This document shows positions 15,710-17,738 of a stretch of 17,738 nucleotides of DNA, in pieces. Origin of the DNA: Candidatus Fermentibacteraceae bacterium (GTDB lineage Bacteria; Fermentibacterota; Fermentibacteria; Fermentibacterales; JCC-6); contig JAWLEP010000017.1 of assembly GCA_041686025.1 (NCBI GenBank), positions 30,521 to 48,258 of the forward strand, in the 5' to 3' direction. A program made the translations under genes and the position numbers. The notes below the pieces were generated by a model. It made no database searches. It was not told the origin of the DNA and saw only the letters and a program-made list of their open reading frames with translations. Every line of letters starts with the position of its first letter. Within the stretch, counting starts at the first letter, position 1.

Positions 15710-16624
15710 ATGGGTGGCAGCGGCAGCAGCCCCGGAGGTGCAGGCAGCCCGGGCGAAGGCCGGGGGGAGCCCACCGGCCACGTCCCCGTCCTCCTGGAGG
15801 AGACGGTGGAATTCCTGCTGGAGGGCTCACCCCGGACAGTGGTGGACGGGACCGTGGGCGGCGGCGGCCACCTCTCCGCCCTCCTGCAGAGGCTGGCCGA
15901 TGATGCCAGGGTCCTGGGACTGGACCGGGACCCGGCGGCTCTACAGCTGGTGAGGGCCCGCCTGGGCCACGACCCCCGGCTGACCCTGGCGGGTGCGCCG
16001 TTCGACCGTCTGGAGGAGGTGCTGGAGGGACAGGGTATGGGACAGGCCGATGCGGCGTTGTTCGACCTGGGCATGTCCTCCGACCAGCTGGAGGACGCCT
16101 CCAGGGGCTTCACCTACCGGGAGACCGGTCCCCTGGACATGCGCTTCGATCCCACCTCGGAGACCACTGCCGCAGAGATTCTGAACAGCCTGGACCAGAA
16201 GGAGCTGGCCGACCTGATCTTCCACCTCGGGGGCGAGCGCCGCAGTCGGAGGATAGCCAGGAGGATAGTCCAGCGCAGGCCCCTGGCCGACACCTCCGAG
16301 CTGGTGGCAGCGGTGAGCAGCGCCGTCCGCGGATACCGGCCGGGGGTGCTCTCCCGGGTGTTCCAGGCCCTGCGGATTGCGGTAAACGACGAGATGGGGC
16401 AGCTGGACCGGCTCCTGGAGTCCATGGGCCGCTGGCTGGCCCCCGGAGGAAGGGTGGCGCTGATAACCTTCCACTCCCTGGAGGACCGGAGGGTGAAGCG
16501 CTTCCTTCGAGACACCCCGGGATTTCGGCCGGGGGAGCCCGAATGGAGCGCTGCGGGGGAAGAGGAGCGCCGGCGCAACGTGCGAAGCCGCTCGGCCAAG
16601 CTCAGGAGGGGGATCAGGGAATGA
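15710..16624 (+). CDS. rsmH: 16S rRNA m4C1402 methyltransferase RsmH (MraW), 304 aa
   Basis: HVPVLLEE, VDGTVGGGGH, DLGMSSDQL, LDMRFD, FQALRIAVNDE, ITFHSLEDR, RSRSAKLR. Confidence 0.96.
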   Translation: MGGSGSSPGGAGSPGEGRGEPTGHVPVLLEETVEFLLEGSPRTVVDGTVGGGGHLSALLQRLADDARVLGLDRDPAALQLVRARLGHDPRLTLAGAPFDRLEEVLEGQGMGQADAALFDLGMSSDQLEDASRGFTYRETGPLDMRFDPTSETTAAEILNSLDQKELADLIFHLGGERRSRRIARRIVQRRPLADTSELVAAVSSAVRGYRPGVLSRVFQALRIAVNDEMGQLDRLLESMGRWLAPGGRVALITFHSLEDRRVKRFLRDTPGFRPGEPEWSAAGEEERRRNVRSRSAKLRRGIRE

Positions 16625-16917
16625 GGTCCTACGTCAGAAAGCTCACCCTACTGCTGGCGGCGACGCTGGCGGCCCTGGCCCTCATAGAGATAACCCTTCA
16701 CAACCTCAAGGTGGGCAACGCCATGCGCATGGAGGAGCTGGACCGCAGAAGGGACGACCTGCAGCGGAGGATAGAGGACCTGGAGGACGACCGGGCCAGG
16801 CTGCTCTCTCCGCAGCGGCTCAGGGAGGCTGCCTCCAGGCTGGGCCTGGAGCCGCTGCCCCTGGAGAGGGTGGGACTGGTGGAGGTAGGCCCGGGGGAGG
16901 TGACCGGTGGGAGCTAG
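16621..16917 (+). CDS. ftsL: Cell division protein FtsL-like (98 aa)
   Basis: ATGA overlap with rsmH. Short basic N-terminus, one TM helix, coiled coil, LLSPQRLREAASRLGL motif. Canonical position between rsmH and the PBP gene. Confidence 0.8.
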   Translation: MRSYVRKLTLLLAATLAALALIEITLHNLKVGNAMRMEELDRRRDDLQRRIEDLEDDRARLLSPQRLREAASRLGLEPLPLERVGLVEVGPGEVTGGS

Positions 16918-17738
16918 GCTGGGCCATTCCATGTCCCGCAGGGTGGCCAGGGCCAAGCTGGCCTCCTTCCTCACCGTCCTGCTTTTCGGTGCGGTTCTGG
17001 CCAGGCTGGGGCAGATCCAGGTGCTGCAGCACACCAGATACCTGCGGAAGGCGGAGCGGCAGCACACCCACCGGGTGGAGGAGGAGGCCCGCCGCGGCAA
17101 GATATTCGACCGCAACGGGACCCTGATGGCGGGCAACAGGGCCGTGGTCACCTTCGAGGTCTACTGGCCCAGCGTGGAGGAGGGCGGGCAGGCCCGGGTG
17201 GACTCGCTGGTGGGCCGCCTGGGGGGGTATGCCGGCGTCAGCCGTCCCCTGCAGCGGCGGGGGGTCAACCAGATACTGGCCAGGGACGTCCCCTACGACA
17301 GCGCGGCGGCCTTCATAGCCGAGGGCCTGCCCACCGGCGTGAACTGGACGGTGGGGTCCCGCAGGACCTACCCGCTGGGGGACATCGCCGCATCCATCGT
17401 GGGCAGGTACAGCGCCGACCACGCCGAAGGGCTGGAGAGCAGCAGGGGATCGCTCCTCGCCGGCAGCGACGGGGTGCGCTACGTCCAGTACAGCGGCCGG
17501 TCGGACGTCTGCATGACGGTGCCCGAGGCCGAGAACAGGCCCCCCCGGGACGGGCTGGACCTGATGCTCACCATAGACTCCCGGCTGCAGGCGCTGTCCA
17601 TGGAGTACCTCCGGCAGGCCGTGAACAGCAGCAGGAGCAGCTGGGGCGCGGTGGTGATGGTGGACCCCACCTGCGGGGACGTGCTGGCCATGGCCAGCTA
17701 CCCGGTGCGCTGCGACAACGGAGCCCTGGACATGAACC
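16907..17738 (+). CDS. ftsI: Class B penicillin-binding protein (FtsI/PBP3-like), partial, runs off the window; not in the ORF track
   Basis: Manual translation from GTG 16907 (SD GGGGAGG; alternative ATG 16931) gives a TM helix, RLGQIQV, RRGKIFDRNG, RTYPLG, GLE, GLDLMLTIDSRLQ, AVVMVDPTCGDVLAMASYP. The transpeptidase active site is not in the window. Confidence 0.88.
   Translation, partial: MGARLGHSMSRRVARAKLASFLTVLLFGAVLARLGQIQVLQHTRYLRKAERQHTHRVEEEARRGKIFDRNGTLMAGNRAVVTFEVYWPSVEEGGQARVDSLVGRLGGYAGVSRPLQRRGVNQILARDVPYDSAAAFIAEGLPTGVNWTVGSRRTYPLGDIAASIVGRYSADHAEGLESSRGSLLAGSDGVRYVQYSGRSDVCMTVPEAENRPPRDGLDLMLTIDSRLQALSMEYLRQAVNSSRSSWGAVVMVDPTCGDVLAMASYPVRCDNGALDMN

Overview
A GC-rich bacterial chromosomal window made mostly of core genes. 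At the left edge are two identical 36-nt palindromic repeats (possibly the cut end of a longer array) and a 15-bp hairpin, just downstream of three minus-strand tRNA genes (His-GTG, Lys-CTT, Arg-TCT). These tRNAs have two sigma70-like promoters and an internal terminator. The plus strand carries nrdR, then a tightly packed run of about 14 kb: rnfCDGEAB, selA-selB, two nucleotide-sugar dehydrogenases, a small SLBB/Wza-like protein and a Wzc-type tyrosine kinase. The start of the dcw cluster follows (MraZ-box promoter, mraZ, rsmH, ftsL, partial ftsI-like PBP). Rnf, Sel and signal-peptide/Wzc features suggest an anaerobic, probably diderm organism (inference). I found no clearly new system. The best leads are the repeat array at the left edge, a rod-like structured element between nrdR and rnfC, the rnf-selAB-polysaccharide linkage with possible Sec-related control signals, and the minimal Wza-like protein.
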